A stretch of 13,608 nucleotides of DNA, taken from Myxococcota bacterium. Lineage in GTDB: Bacteria > Myxococcota > JACRCW01. Position 1 is the stretch's first letter, and every line of letters begins with the position of its first letter. Below the pieces are notes generated by a model. It was not told where the DNA came from and did not search any database. It saw only the letters and a program-made list of their open reading frames with translations. The DNA lies in the NCBI GenBank assembly GCA_040752415.1, contig JBFMGU010000280.1, positions 1-13,608 on the forward strand, in the 5' to 3' direction. Shown one piece after another: positions 1 to 8,048 of the stretch. The translations under genes and the position numbers were made by a program.

Positions 1-2252
1 GCGGGTGGCGGCGGAGTTTCCGGGGCCGGGGCGGGTGGGGCCTCCGTGGGCTTGGCGCCGGGAGCGCGGGCCACGTCGAAGTGGATCTGCAGCTCGCCAG
101 CGGGGATGCGCACCGTGCGCGTGAAGGCCTGGCCAGCGATGCGGAAGTTCAGCTCCACCTCGGCACCGGGCTCCAGGTCGTCGTACTCGGCGGGGAGCTT
201 GCGCGGCTTCTCGTCGCCCAGCGCCACGGTGCCGTCCTTGCCGGGCGCGGTCACCACCAACCGTGACGACGTCAGTTCCGGCGCCCCGCGCACCACCGTC
301 TCACGACCGCCCTCCACCGAGGCGGTGATCACCGTGGGCTCCGCGCCCTCCGAGCGCATGACCACCACGTGGGATCCCGCGGGAAGCTGTTCCAACGTCA
401 CCGGCGCCTTGCCCACCGCGCGACCGTCGAGCTCCACGTCCACCACCTGGTCCTCGGCGGTGCTCTCCACGCGAAGCGTTCCCGGCGGCGGCAGGCTGCT
501 TCCCCCACCGGCGGCCTTGATGAACGCGGCACCGAGGAGGAAGCCCAGCACAAAGCCCAGTCCCAACGGGACCACCGGCCGCCCCGTCGACGGAGCCGGC
601 GTGGCGCGTCCCTTGGGCTGCACGTACTCAACGGGCCCCTGCCCCTTGTTCCCCGTGCGCTCCGTCCAGCGCGCCACCAGCGGGAAGTCCTGCGGAGACG
701 CCGTGGGCAGAGCGGGCACGCTCAGGTTCAGCGTCACCGCGCCCCTCTCGCCGACGGACAACGTGGGAACGCCGTGGGCTTGTCGACGCGGCGCGGGCGC
801 CTCCTGCAACACCGGTGTGGTCTCGCTGGTGCGCGAGGACGGCGGAATGGGCGAGCCAAACGCCGGCGTGGGCGGCGGAGGCGGCGGAGGGCCGGACGCG
901 CTGGTGGCGGCGATCACTTCCGGCTCCGTCAGCACCTCCGTGAAGCTCGGCGTCACCGGCGGTGACGACGGCGGCGGGATGCTGGGAGGCGGCACCGGAG
1001 GCGGCTGCAGGTGGGCCGCCGGACCGGGCGGCGGCATGGCCGGCGGTTCCGGCACCGTGATGGGCTGACCAAACGAGGGCGCCGGGGTGCTCGCCGCTGC
1101 CGCCGCTTTGACGACGACGGGAGAGGCCACCACCTCCGTGGGAGGCTTGCCGAACCCCGGCGTGGGAGAAGGCGCAACCTCCGTCGGCGGCTTCCCGAAC
1201 ACGGCATTGGCCGAGGGCCGATCCGGGTCGGTGACCGGCTGCCCGAATGAGGGCGTCGTCGTAGGAGCGGTGGTCGCGGCGGCTTTTCCGTCGGCGGGGA
1301 GCGGGCTCGCCGTGGGGTCGGAGCGCGGGCCCAGCCACTCATCAATGACGTTGACCTTCTGCGTCTCCGCCAGCTCGCCGGTGGCGCCGAATCCACCCGC
1401 GTTTCCATCGGAGGCCTGGGCAATCTCCGGGAGCGCGGTGGCATGGGGGCGCAGCGCGTTGGCCAGGGCGGCGGCGGTGGGTCGCGCGGCGTGGTCCGGG
1501 TGCAACGCGCCAGCGAGGATGCGTCCCAGCTCGGCGGGCACCTGCCCCACCGACTCCAGAGCTGGAAGCACCAGGCCCGCTTCCGTGCCCGGAATGGCCG
1601 ACTGCCACTTGCGGAGCGCGTTGGTGCCGCACGCGGAGGCCGCCACGCACAACGTCAAGGCAAACACGTCGCCAGCCGGGGTTGCCGGTCCCCCCAGGCG
1701 CAACTCCGGCGCGGGGAACTGGCGGACCGAGCCCAGGGTCAACGTGGGGACGGGAGACAGGCCCAGGTCCGTGAGCACCACCTTGCGCCCCGGCACCAGG
1801 AAGACGTTCGCGGGGCAGACGTTGCCGTGGCTCACACCAACGGCGTGGGCCGCGGCCAGCGCCTCCGCCAATTGCACGCCGAGCGCGCACATCTCGGCGG
1901 GGAGCAGCGCTCCACCCTCGGGCTCCATCAGCTCCGAGAGCGGCGCGCCCTCCACCATGGGCATGACGAAGTAGACCACGTCCTTGCCGCGCAGCTGCCC
2001 CTCGCCGCTGTTCAGGGGCCGCAGCAGGCGAGCATCCTGCACCTTCTCCAGGCGACGCAGCGGCTCCATGAGGCCGGGCACGCCGAGCGGACCGCACGCG
2101 GCCTTCTCCATGACGCGAACCACCACCGTGCGCCCGGAAGCATCCGATGCCTGGAACGTCTCCACGCCGCCGCGCGCCGGCGCGAGCGAGCGCACCAGCG
2201 AATAGGAGCCCAACTTCACGGACTCAGTCTGGGAGGCGAGGGTTCGGTTCAT
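1..2252 (-). CDS. Membrane-anchored Ser/Thr kinase-like protein (probable pseudokinase) with Pro/Thr-rich linker, one TM helix and PEGA-like domains; 3' end lies beyond the window
   Basis: Translated by hand from ATG 2252 (MNRTLASQTESVKLGSYSLVRSL...): 750 codons with no stop up to the window edge. Hanks-type remnants YFVMPMVEG, LAEALAAAHAVGVSHGNVCPANVFL, LTDLGL, PAPE, GDVFAL, HPDHAARPT. TM VVPLGLGFVLGFLLGAAFI (~519-576). PEGA-like GTLRVES...VELDGRAVGKAPVTLEQLPAGSHVVVM (~285-485) and a weaker second repeat (~75-270). Confidence 0.9.
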   Translation of the reverse strand, partial: MNRTLASQTESVKLGSYSLVRSLAPARGGVETFQASDASGRTVVVRVMEKAACGPLGVPGLMEPLRRLEKVQDARLLRPLNSGEGQLRGKDVVYFVMPMVEGAPLSELMEPEGGALLPAEMCALGVQLAEALAAAHAVGVSHGNVCPANVFLVPGRKVVLTDLGLSPVPTLTLGSVRQFPAPELRLGGPATPAGDVFALTLCVAASACGTNALRKWQSAIPGTEAGLVLPALESVGQVPAELGRILAGALHPDHAARPTAAALANALRPHATALPEIAQASDGNAGGFGATGELAETQKVNVIDEWLGPRSDPTASPLPADGKAAATTAPTTTPSFGQPVTDPDRPSANAVFGKPPTEVAPSPTPGFGKPPTEVVASPVVVKAAAAASTPAPSFGQPITVPEPPAMPPPGPAAHLQPPPVPPPSIPPPSSPPVTPSFTEVLTEPEVIAATSASGPPPPPPPTPAFGSPIPPSSRTSETTPVLQEAPAPRRQAHGVPTLSVGERGAVTLNLSVPALPTASPQDFPLVARWTERTGNKGQGPVEYVQPKGRATPAPSTGRPVVPLGLGFVLGFLLGAAFIKAAGGGSSLPPPGTLRVESTAEDQVVDVELDGRAVGKAPVTLEQLPAGSHVVVMRSEGAEPTVITASVEGGRETVVRGAPELTSSRLVVTAPGKDGTVALGDEKPRKLPAEYDDLEPGAEVELNFRIAGQAFTRTVRIPAGELQIHFDVARAPGAKPTEAPPAPAPETPPPP

Positions 2253-2276
2253 GACCCCAACGTCACGTGGCCGGGG

Positions 2277-2282
2277 AGCGTA
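2277..2282 (-). promoter_or_regulatory. Candidate -10 element (TACGCT) for the pseudokinase gene
   Basis: TAnnnT hexamer 24 nt upstream of ATG 2252 in the divergent intergenic region. Confidence 0.35.
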
Positions 2283-2349
2283 GTGGTGTTCCGTCCCTGG
2301 GACCAGAAACGGGCCATCCCACATGACCCCCCATGGACGCCAGAGCAGC

Positions 2350-2377
2350 TTGGACGGGGGCAGGCCTCTGCTAGGGT
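2350..2377 (+). promoter_or_regulatory. Sigma70-like promoter for the GT4 gene
   Basis: TTGGAC (2350-2355), 16-nt spacer, extended -10 TGc-TAGGGT (2372-2377), 9 nt before GTG 2387. Confidence 0.55.
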
Positions 2378-2386
2378 GCGCGCCCC

Positions 2387-3463
2387 GTGACGGCCCCCCG
2401 ACTTCTCCTGGATGCCCGCATGGTGGGCCCGCAGGTCCACGGCATTGCCCGCTACGTGGTGTGCCTGGCGCGCGCGCTCAAGCGGGTGGCGCCGGATTGG
2501 CGCCCTGCCCTGCTGCTGGCGCGGAACGCCCCGCCCGAGCTCCGGGATGAGTTCACGCATGCGGTCTCCCCCGTCCCCTTCCTGCACCCCGCCGAGCCGG
2601 CCACGCTGCCCGCGGTGGTGGAGCGGCTTCGCATGCCGCTGTTCCATGCCACGTCTTTCGCCTGCTCCCCGCTGCTACGCAAGCCCTTTGTGATCACGCT
2701 CCACGACGCCATCCACCTCGAGCGGCGGGGAGACTACGGGCTGGCGCAGGCGGCGTACTATCAGCTGGTGGTCCGGCCCGCGGCGCTGCGCGCGGATGCG
2801 GTGATCACCGTCAGCCACGACGCACGCCAGAAGCTCACGGACCACCTGGGCCTCCCCTCGGAGCGCATCCAGGTGATCCACAACGGCGTGGAGCTGGAGC
2901 AGTTCGGTCAACCGTCGGATGCGCCTCGTCATGGGCCGGTGCTGACGGTGACGGGTCCCAAGCCGCACAAGAACCTCGTGACACTGTTGCACGCGCTCCG
3001 TCACGCGCCCTCGCTGGTGCTGGAGGTGGCGGGGCGTCCGCAGGACGGGCTGGAGCAGGTGGCGACGGGGCTGGGCCTGGGGGAACGCGTGCGCTTCCTG
3101 GGCCCGGTGGATCAACCCACCCTGATGCAGAAGCTGGCGGAGGCGAGCGCGGTGGCGGTGCCGTCGTTGACGGAGGGATTCGGGCTGCCGGCGTTGGAGG
3201 GGATGGCGGCGGGCTGCCCCGTGGTGCTGAGCGACATTGCCGTCTTCCACGAGGTGGCCGGGGACTGCGCCGTCTACGCGCCGCCACTGGATCCGCTCGC
3301 GTGGGCGCAGGCGCTGACGTCGCTGCTGGGCGATCCCTCGCGTTGTCGGGAGCTGTCACGCGCGGGTCGGGAGCGCGCGGAGCAGTTCACGTGGGATCGC
3401 ACCGCCACGCAGACGGCGCAGGTCTATGACGCCGTGATTCAGCGACGCTCGCCCTTCAGCTGA
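2387..3463 (+). CDS. Glycosyltransferase family 4 (GT-B fold, retaining)
   Basis: N-terminal LDAR...HGIARY, VITLHDAI, ADAVITVS, VIHNGV, KPHKNL and the C-terminal EX7E signature PSLTEGFGLPALEGMAAGCPVVLSD...EVAGD; ends FTWDRTA. Confidence 0.95.
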   Translation: MTAPRLLLDARMVGPQVHGIARYVVCLARALKRVAPDWRPALLLARNAPPELRDEFTHAVSPVPFLHPAEPATLPAVVERLRMPLFHATSFACSPLLRKPFVITLHDAIHLERRGDYGLAQAAYYQLVVRPAALRADAVITVSHDARQKLTDHLGLPSERIQVIHNGVELEQFGQPSDAPRHGPVLTVTGPKPHKNLVTLLHALRHAPSLVLEVAGRPQDGLEQVATGLGLGERVRFLGPVDQPTLMQKLAEASAVAVPSLTEGFGLPALEGMAAGCPVVLSDIAVFHEVAGDCAVYAPPLDPLAWAQALTSLLGDPSRCRELSRAGRERAEQFTWDRTATQTAQVYDAVIQRRSPFS

Positions 3464-3654
3464 TACGCGCTGACATTCCCGCACGCGACGCAGATGAAGT
3501 GCATGATGTTGATCTCGCCGAGATTGAGGAACGGATCGATGTCGCCCCAATAGCGATGCGACGGCTTCTCGCTGATGGTGGTCTTGCGCTGCATGAAACC
3601 CTCGCACTTGGGGCAGATGGTGGTCGGACGCAGCCGCCGTTTGCGAGTGTTCAT
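3439..3654 (-). CDS. Small zinc-ribbon protein (CPKC-x37-CVAC), 71 aa
   Basis: Two CxxC knuckles, basic N-terminus (RKRRLR), SD-like GAGGGAG 10 nt upstream of the ATG, candidate -10 TAGGCT at 3680-3685 (- strand). Confidence 0.75.
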   Translation of the reverse strand: MNTRKRRLRPTTICPKCEGFMQRKTTISEKPSHRYWGDIDPFLNLGEINIMHFICVACGNVSAYQLKGERR

Positions 3655-3692
3655 GCGTGCACCGCTCCCTCAAGTGGCCAGCCTAGCGGATT

Positions 3693-5222
3693 TCAGACCG
3701 GGATCACGCCGTGCTTCTTCGGGAACCGCGGATCCTTGCGCGTGACGGCAAACTCCAGGCGCGCGCTCAGCTCATCCCTCAGCGTGTCCGAGGGAACGAC
3801 GCCGTCGATCACGAGCTCACTGGCCAGCTTGTAGAGATCCACGTCCTGCCGGTACTCCGCCCGCAACTGCTCCACGAACGCCGCGCGCTCCGCCTCCGGC
3901 TTCTCCTGGATCTTGTTGAAGTAGACCGCGTTGACGGCGGCCTCCGCGCCCATCACCGCAATGGACGCCTGCGGCAGCGCCAGCGACGCATCCGGCGAGA
4001 AGCCCGGCCCGCACATGGCGTACAGACCCGCGCCGTAGGCCTTGCGCACCACCACGCAGAACTTGGGCACCGAGGCGTCGCTGACGGCGGAGATCATCTT
4101 GGCGCCGTGACGGATGATGCCCTCCTTCTCCACCTTGCTACCGATCATGAAGCCCGGCACGTCGGCGAGGAAGATGAGCGGGATGCCGAATGCGTCGCAC
4201 AGGTTGATGAAGCGCGCGCCCTTGTCGGCGCTGTCGGTGAAGAGCACGCCACCCTTCCACTTGGGCTGGCTGGCCACAATCCCCACGACCCGCCCCTTGA
4301 TGCGCGCCAGCCCGGTGATGAGCTCCTTGGCATAACGCTTCTTCACGTCGAAGAAACTGCCCTCGTCGACCACGGCGTTGATCAGCTCATACATGTCGAA
4401 CGACTGGTTCTCCTTGGGCGGGATGATCTCGTCGATCGGGCGGCTCTTCTTGGGTGGCTTGGGCTCCGCCAGCGGGGGCGCTTCGAACGCGCGCAGCGGG
4501 AAGTAGCGGATGTAGTCGCGCGCGGCCTGGAGGGCTTCCTTCTCGTCCTTGCAGAGCATGTCGCCGCAGCCGCTGACCTCGCAGTGCATCCGCGCGCCGC
4601 CCATCTCCTCGAGGGTGACCTTCTCGCCAATCACCATCTCCGCCATGCGCGGGCTGCCCAGGTACATGCTGGCGTTGCCGTCGACCATGAAGACCACGTC
4701 GCAGAACGCGGGGATGTACGCGCCACCGGCGGCGGAGGGCCCGAACAGCAGGCAGATCTGCGGGATGGCGCCGCTGAGCTTCACCTCCATCTCGAAGATC
4801 TTCCCCGCGTGACGACGTCCCGGGAACATCTCCACCTGGTCGGTGATGCGCGCGCCGGCGCTGTCCACCAGGTAGAACAGCGGGATCTGGTACCGCCCCG
4901 CCTGCTCCTGGATGCGCACAATCTTCTCGACGGTGCGTTGGCCCCAGCTGCCCGCCTTGATGGTGCTGTCGTTGGCCATCACGGCCACGGGACGACCGTC
5001 GATGCGGCCGATGCCGGTCACCACGCCGTCGGCGGGGAGGTCGCCGGCCAGCACGTTGGCCAGCGCGCCGTCCTCGACGAATGAGCCGGGGTCCAGCAGC
5101 AGGTTGATGCGCTCACGACAGAAGAGCTTGCCTTCCTTGGCGTTCTTCTCGTGGTAGCGGGGGGCGCCACCCTTCAGGACGGTGGCGAGCTTCTCTTTGA
5201 CGATGTCGGAGGGCGTGGACAT
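3693..5222 (-). CDS. Acyl-CoA carboxylase carboxyltransferase (beta) subunit, methylcrotonyl-/propionyl-CoA carboxylase-like (resembles the YngE/LiuB type)
   Basis: RERINLLLDPGSF, PADGVVTGIG, KAGSWG, DSAGARI, GPSAAGGAY, EEMGGARMH, DVPGFMIG, RKAYGAG; ends KKHGVIPV. Substrate cannot be determined by eye. Confidence 0.95.
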   Translation of the reverse strand: MSTPSDIVKEKLATVLKGGAPRYHEKNAKEGKLFCRERINLLLDPGSFVEDGALANVLAGDLPADGVVTGIGRIDGRPVAVMANDSTIKAGSWGQRTVEKIVRIQEQAGRYQIPLFYLVDSAGARITDQVEMFPGRRHAGKIFEMEVKLSGAIPQICLLFGPSAAGGAYIPAFCDVVFMVDGNASMYLGSPRMAEMVIGEKVTLEEMGGARMHCEVSGCGDMLCKDEKEALQAARDYIRYFPLRAFEAPPLAEPKPPKKSRPIDEIIPPKENQSFDMYELINAVVDEGSFFDVKKRYAKELITGLARIKGRVVGIVASQPKWKGGVLFTDSADKGARFINLCDAFGIPLIFLADVPGFMIGSKVEKEGIIRHGAKMISAVSDASVPKFCVVVRKAYGAGLYAMCGPGFSPDASLALPQASIAVMGAEAAVNAVYFNKIQEKPEAERAAFVEQLRAEYRQDVDLYKLASELVIDGVVPSDTLRDELSARLEFAVTRKDPRFPKKHGVIPV

Positions 5223-5231
5223 GGCGCGCGC

Positions 5232-5260
5232 GATTAACCTTGCGTGGTGGGCGGAGGCAA
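5232..5260 (-). promoter_or_regulatory. Sigma70-like promoter for the carboxyltransferase
   Basis: On the - strand: TTGCCT (5260-5255), 17-nt spacer, AT-rich TTAATC (5237-5232), 9 nt before ATG 5222. Confidence 0.5.
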
Positions 5261-5297
5261 GCCTGGAATCGCACGCTCAAGGCCGCGCACAAGACGC

Positions 5298-5343
5298 CTC
5301 AGCGGACCGCCCAGACCGTGTAATTCCCGCTGCGTGCCACCAC
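5298..5343. repeat. Direct repeat copy 1 (46 bp), duplicating the 3' end of the 6156-8048 gene
   Basis: ctcagcggaccgcccagaccgtgtaattcccgctgcgtgccaccac, 43/46 identical to 6155-6200; the - strand reads VVARSGNYTVWAVR*. Confidence 0.95.
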
Positions 5344-5449
5344 CGCCGGCCCTGCCTCTCCCCCAGCAAGCCACGGTCACGAGCAGCTCCTGCGGACCAA
5401 GCCGCCGCCTCACAGTCTCCGCCGGCCCCGGCAGCGCCCCTCGCTCCAC

Positions 5450-5484
5450 CGCGTATTTTCGCCACATCACTTTGAAAATACGCG
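5450..5484. promoter_or_regulatory. Perfect 11-bp inverted repeat, candidate operator
   Basis: CGCGTATTTTC (5450-5460), 13-nt spacer, GAAAATACGCG (5474-5484); AT-rich patch directly before a -10-like TAGGCG (5486-5491). The repeat is certain, the role is inferred. Confidence 0.6.
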
Positions 5485-5500
5485 CTAGGCGCTCCCTGGC

Positions 5501-6109
5501 ACGCCGCCGCCCGCCACGCTTGCGCGCTACTGGGCAATGCTTGCCCATGTTCACGGGGAGCTGCTGAACTGGTCGGAGCTGGGGCGCTCCATGGGCGTCT
5601 CGGATGCCTCAGCCAGGCGGTATGCCGACCCCCTCGAAGGAACACTGATGGTCCGGCAACTGCGGCCTTGGCATGAGAACATTGGCAAGCGCCAGGTCAA
5701 GAGTACCAAGTTGTACTTCCGGGACAGCGGCATGCTGCATCTCCTCCTGGGCATCCGCACTGGCGAGGAACTGGAAACCCATCCGCGGGTCGGCGCGAGC
5801 TGGGAGGGCTTCGTCATCGAGCAGCTTTGGCGGCTCCTTGGTGCCGAACCAGACGAGATGTACTTCTGGCGCACGGAGCACGGCGCGGAGCTGGATCTGC
5901 TGTTCGTGCGTGGCGCGGTCAGGATTGGGTTCGAGATCAAGCGGACCACAGCACCCGTGATGACGCCATCCATGCGGCACGCGCTGGCGGACCTCCAGCT
6001 GGACCAGCTCTACCTCGTCCATGCCGGCGAACATCGCTTCTCCCTGGGCGCGCGAGTGGAAGCCGTTCCCTGGACGCAATTGCTCGACGTGGCGGCCGCA
6101 CATTCCTGA
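5501..6109 (+). pseudogene. 5'-truncated AAA_14/DUF4143-family gene retaining the HTH-like, DUF4143 and PD-(D/E)XK-like C-terminal half (ORF 5537-6109)
   Basis: PATLARYWAMLAHVHGELLNWSELGRSMGVS, LRPWHENIGKRQVKSTKLYFRDSG, GASWEGFVIEQ, FWRTEHGAELDLL, GFEIK. Family-like sequence begins upstream of Met 5537; in-frame TAG at 5486-5488; no Walker A/B region. Confidence 0.8.
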
Positions 6110-6154
6110 CGCGGCGACTCCGCATCCCGGGTTGGCGTGCCGTCATTTTGGCGG

Positions 6155-6200
6155 CTCAGCGGGCCGCCCAGACCGTGTAGCTCCCGCTGCGTGCCACCAC
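6155..6200. repeat. Direct repeat copy 2 (46 bp), last 14 codons and stop of the membrane protein gene
   Basis: ctcagcgggccgcccagaccgtgtagctcccgctgcgtgccaccac; the - strand reads VVARSGSYTVWAAR*. Confidence 0.95.
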
Positions 6201-8048
6201 GCGCCCCACGTCCTCCAGCGCGCACTCGTGCCCCCGGGCGCACAGCAGGACCTGCGCGTCCTCCCCCGACGAGATCTCATTGGCGCGCGCAAAGACGAAG
6301 CGGCTCTCCCAGTATCTCCGCGTGGGGCTCCCGTCGGCGGCGCGGGCGCGCTTGCTGCGTGACGACGTCATGGCTGGCCCCATCACCCGGGTGAAATCCC
6401 GGTCCAGCGCCAGGCCGCGCGCGTATTCCAGCTCCACCGCCGTCAACGGGGGCACGCGTGAGAGCAGCACGGCGAGCACCAGCCAGCGCGGCCAACGCCC
6501 TCCCAGTCCCTCCCCCACCCACTGCGCGCCCAGCGCCACGCCCACCATGATGAGCCCGAGCGACAGCGTGCCGATCTTGAACCCGTAGTACGGCTTGATC
6601 CCGCTGCCCGCGCCCAACCACACCGACGCAGCCCCCGCGCCCAGCCCCACCAGCAACGCCGCGCCCACGCGCACGTTCCCCGACGTCACCAGCCGCAGCG
6701 CCGCCAGCAACGCGAGGATCAGCAGGAGCAACGTGGCGCCCGGAACCAGCACCGCTCCCAGCAGCCACCACAGCGCGCGGAACGGCTCGGCGCGGGCGCG
6801 GCCCAACGTCGTGGTGAACATGCGCGCGGAGCGCAGGAAGTGGTCCCGGTACGGAGAGACTCCCACCACGTGCGCCGCGGTGATGTTCCACTTCAACGCG
6901 GAGGACGGGTCGCGGTTCTCGCTGAGCGCGTCCACGTCGGGGGAGAGCACGGAGACGGGATCCGGCGGGGCGTCCTTCACGCGCTGCGCGGCCTTCACCG
7001 GGTTCTGCGGCACGTCGCGCGAGCCGCCAAAGCGCTCCGTCAGACGCCACACACCCAGCGGCGCCAGCACCACCGCAACCAGCCCCGCCACGACGAGCCT
7101 GCGACCATGCACCACCAGCGGCCGCTGGATCATCGCCACCACGACGACGGGCGCGGCCACCGCGACGGCCAGCCCGTAGCAGGACAACAGCGCCGCCATC
7201 ACGATTCCCAGCGGAAGCGCGGAGCGTGCGGTCCCGTCGTCATCCTGAAGCGCGGCGGCCAGCGCGCCCGGGACCAGCGCGGCGGCGGCCAGCTGCGGGG
7301 CAAACTGTTCCATGCTCGTGAACAGGAGCAGCGGGTGCACCGCCACCAGCAGCCCCGCCAGGTTCGCATGACGACGTGAAGCACCACACGCGGTGGCCAG
7401 CCACGTCGCGGCGGAGGCGGCGATGCCGACGAGAAGGACCACCGTCACGCAGAACGCCTTGAAGACGTCCACACCCAGCGCCGTCGAGAGCGCGCTCATG
7501 AACGCGTGCAAGCCCAGCGGATAACCCGGCGCGGGCTTGAGCCCCTCGGAGACCAGGAGCGTCATGATGGCGTGCAGCGGCCCGTCCTGGTGCTGCAGCG
7601 TGTCCACGTCATGTCCCGCCACGCTCCACGCGCCACCCCACATGAGCGGCAGCCACGACGACACCACGCCCACCACCAGCACGCCCGCGGTGTCGCGCGT
7701 CACCGTCACCGGCGGATTGGTCCCCTTGGTCCCGGAGGGCGCCTGCGGGTCCATCAAGGACAGCCCCGCCCATGCAAACCCCAGCACCACCGCCAGGAAC
7801 TGCGCCGTGGCGCCCAGCCCGACGAGGGGAGGCACGCTGGCCAGCACCACCGCCGTGGCCAGGCCCATGACGGGCGCGGCGGCGGGAATGTGCACCCGCA
7901 GCGTGCGCATCACGCCCAGCCCCAGCACGGTGAGCCCGCACGCGGAGCTGAGGACGGCGGCCAGGAAGCTCAGCGCCCCGTCGTCAATCGCCACGACGCG
8001 CAGCAGCACGGCCAGGGCCGTCAGTAGCAGCGGGACAAACCGATCCAT
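6156..8048 (-). CDS. Polytopic membrane protein, possibly a GT-C-fold glycosyltransferase, 630 aa
   Basis: More than 10 hydrophobic segments; acidic/His loop (HDVDTLQHQDGPLH) followed by GYPLGLH; large soluble loop and short soluble C-terminus. The CDS is secure, the function tentative. Confidence 0.75.
   Translation of the reverse strand: MDRFVPLLLTALAVLLRVVAIDDGALSFLAAVLSSACGLTVLGLGVMRTLRVHIPAAAPVMGLATAVVLASVPPLVGLGATAQFLAVVLGFAWAGLSLMDPQAPSGTKGTNPPVTVTRDTAGVLVVGVVSSWLPLMWGGAWSVAGHDVDTLQHQDGPLHAIMTLLVSEGLKPAPGYPLGLHAFMSALSTALGVDVFKAFCVTVVLLVGIAASAATWLATACGASRRHANLAGLLVAVHPLLLFTSMEQFAPQLAAAALVPGALAAALQDDDGTARSALPLGIVMAALLSCYGLAVAVAAPVVVVAMIQRPLVVHGRRLVVAGLVAVVLAPLGVWRLTERFGGSRDVPQNPVKAAQRVKDAPPDPVSVLSPDVDALSENRDPSSALKWNITAAHVVGVSPYRDHFLRSARMFTTTLGRARAEPFRALWWLLGAVLVPGATLLLLILALLAALRLVTSGNVRVGAALLVGLGAGAASVWLGAGSGIKPYYGFKIGTLSLGLIMVGVALGAQWVGEGLGGRWPRWLVLAVLLSRVPPLTAVELEYARGLALDRDFTRVMGPAMTSSRSKRARAADGSPTRRYWESRFVFARANEISSGEDAQVLLCARGHECALEDVGRVVARSGSYTVWAAR

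Noticed and set aside
46..2390. + strand ORFs 46-1068, 1087-1974 and 1443-2390
   Set aside because: Shadow frames opposite the pseudokinase gene, with low-complexity translations and no motifs.
3711..5084. 457-aa + strand ORF
   Set aside because: Antisense shadow of the carboxyltransferase, expected at high GC.
5450..5484. Rho-independent terminator
   Set aside because: 13-nt loop and no U tract after the stem on either strand.
5182..5645. Short ORFs on both strands across the repeat/palindrome region
   Set aside because: Arg/Ala/Pro-rich, mutually overlapping and without motifs; the region is better explained as a scar plus promoter.
5298..6200. IS element or CRISPR interpretation of the direct repeats
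   Set aside because: Only two copies 857 bp apart, matching coding sequence; no transposase, terminal inverted repeats, spacers or cas genes.
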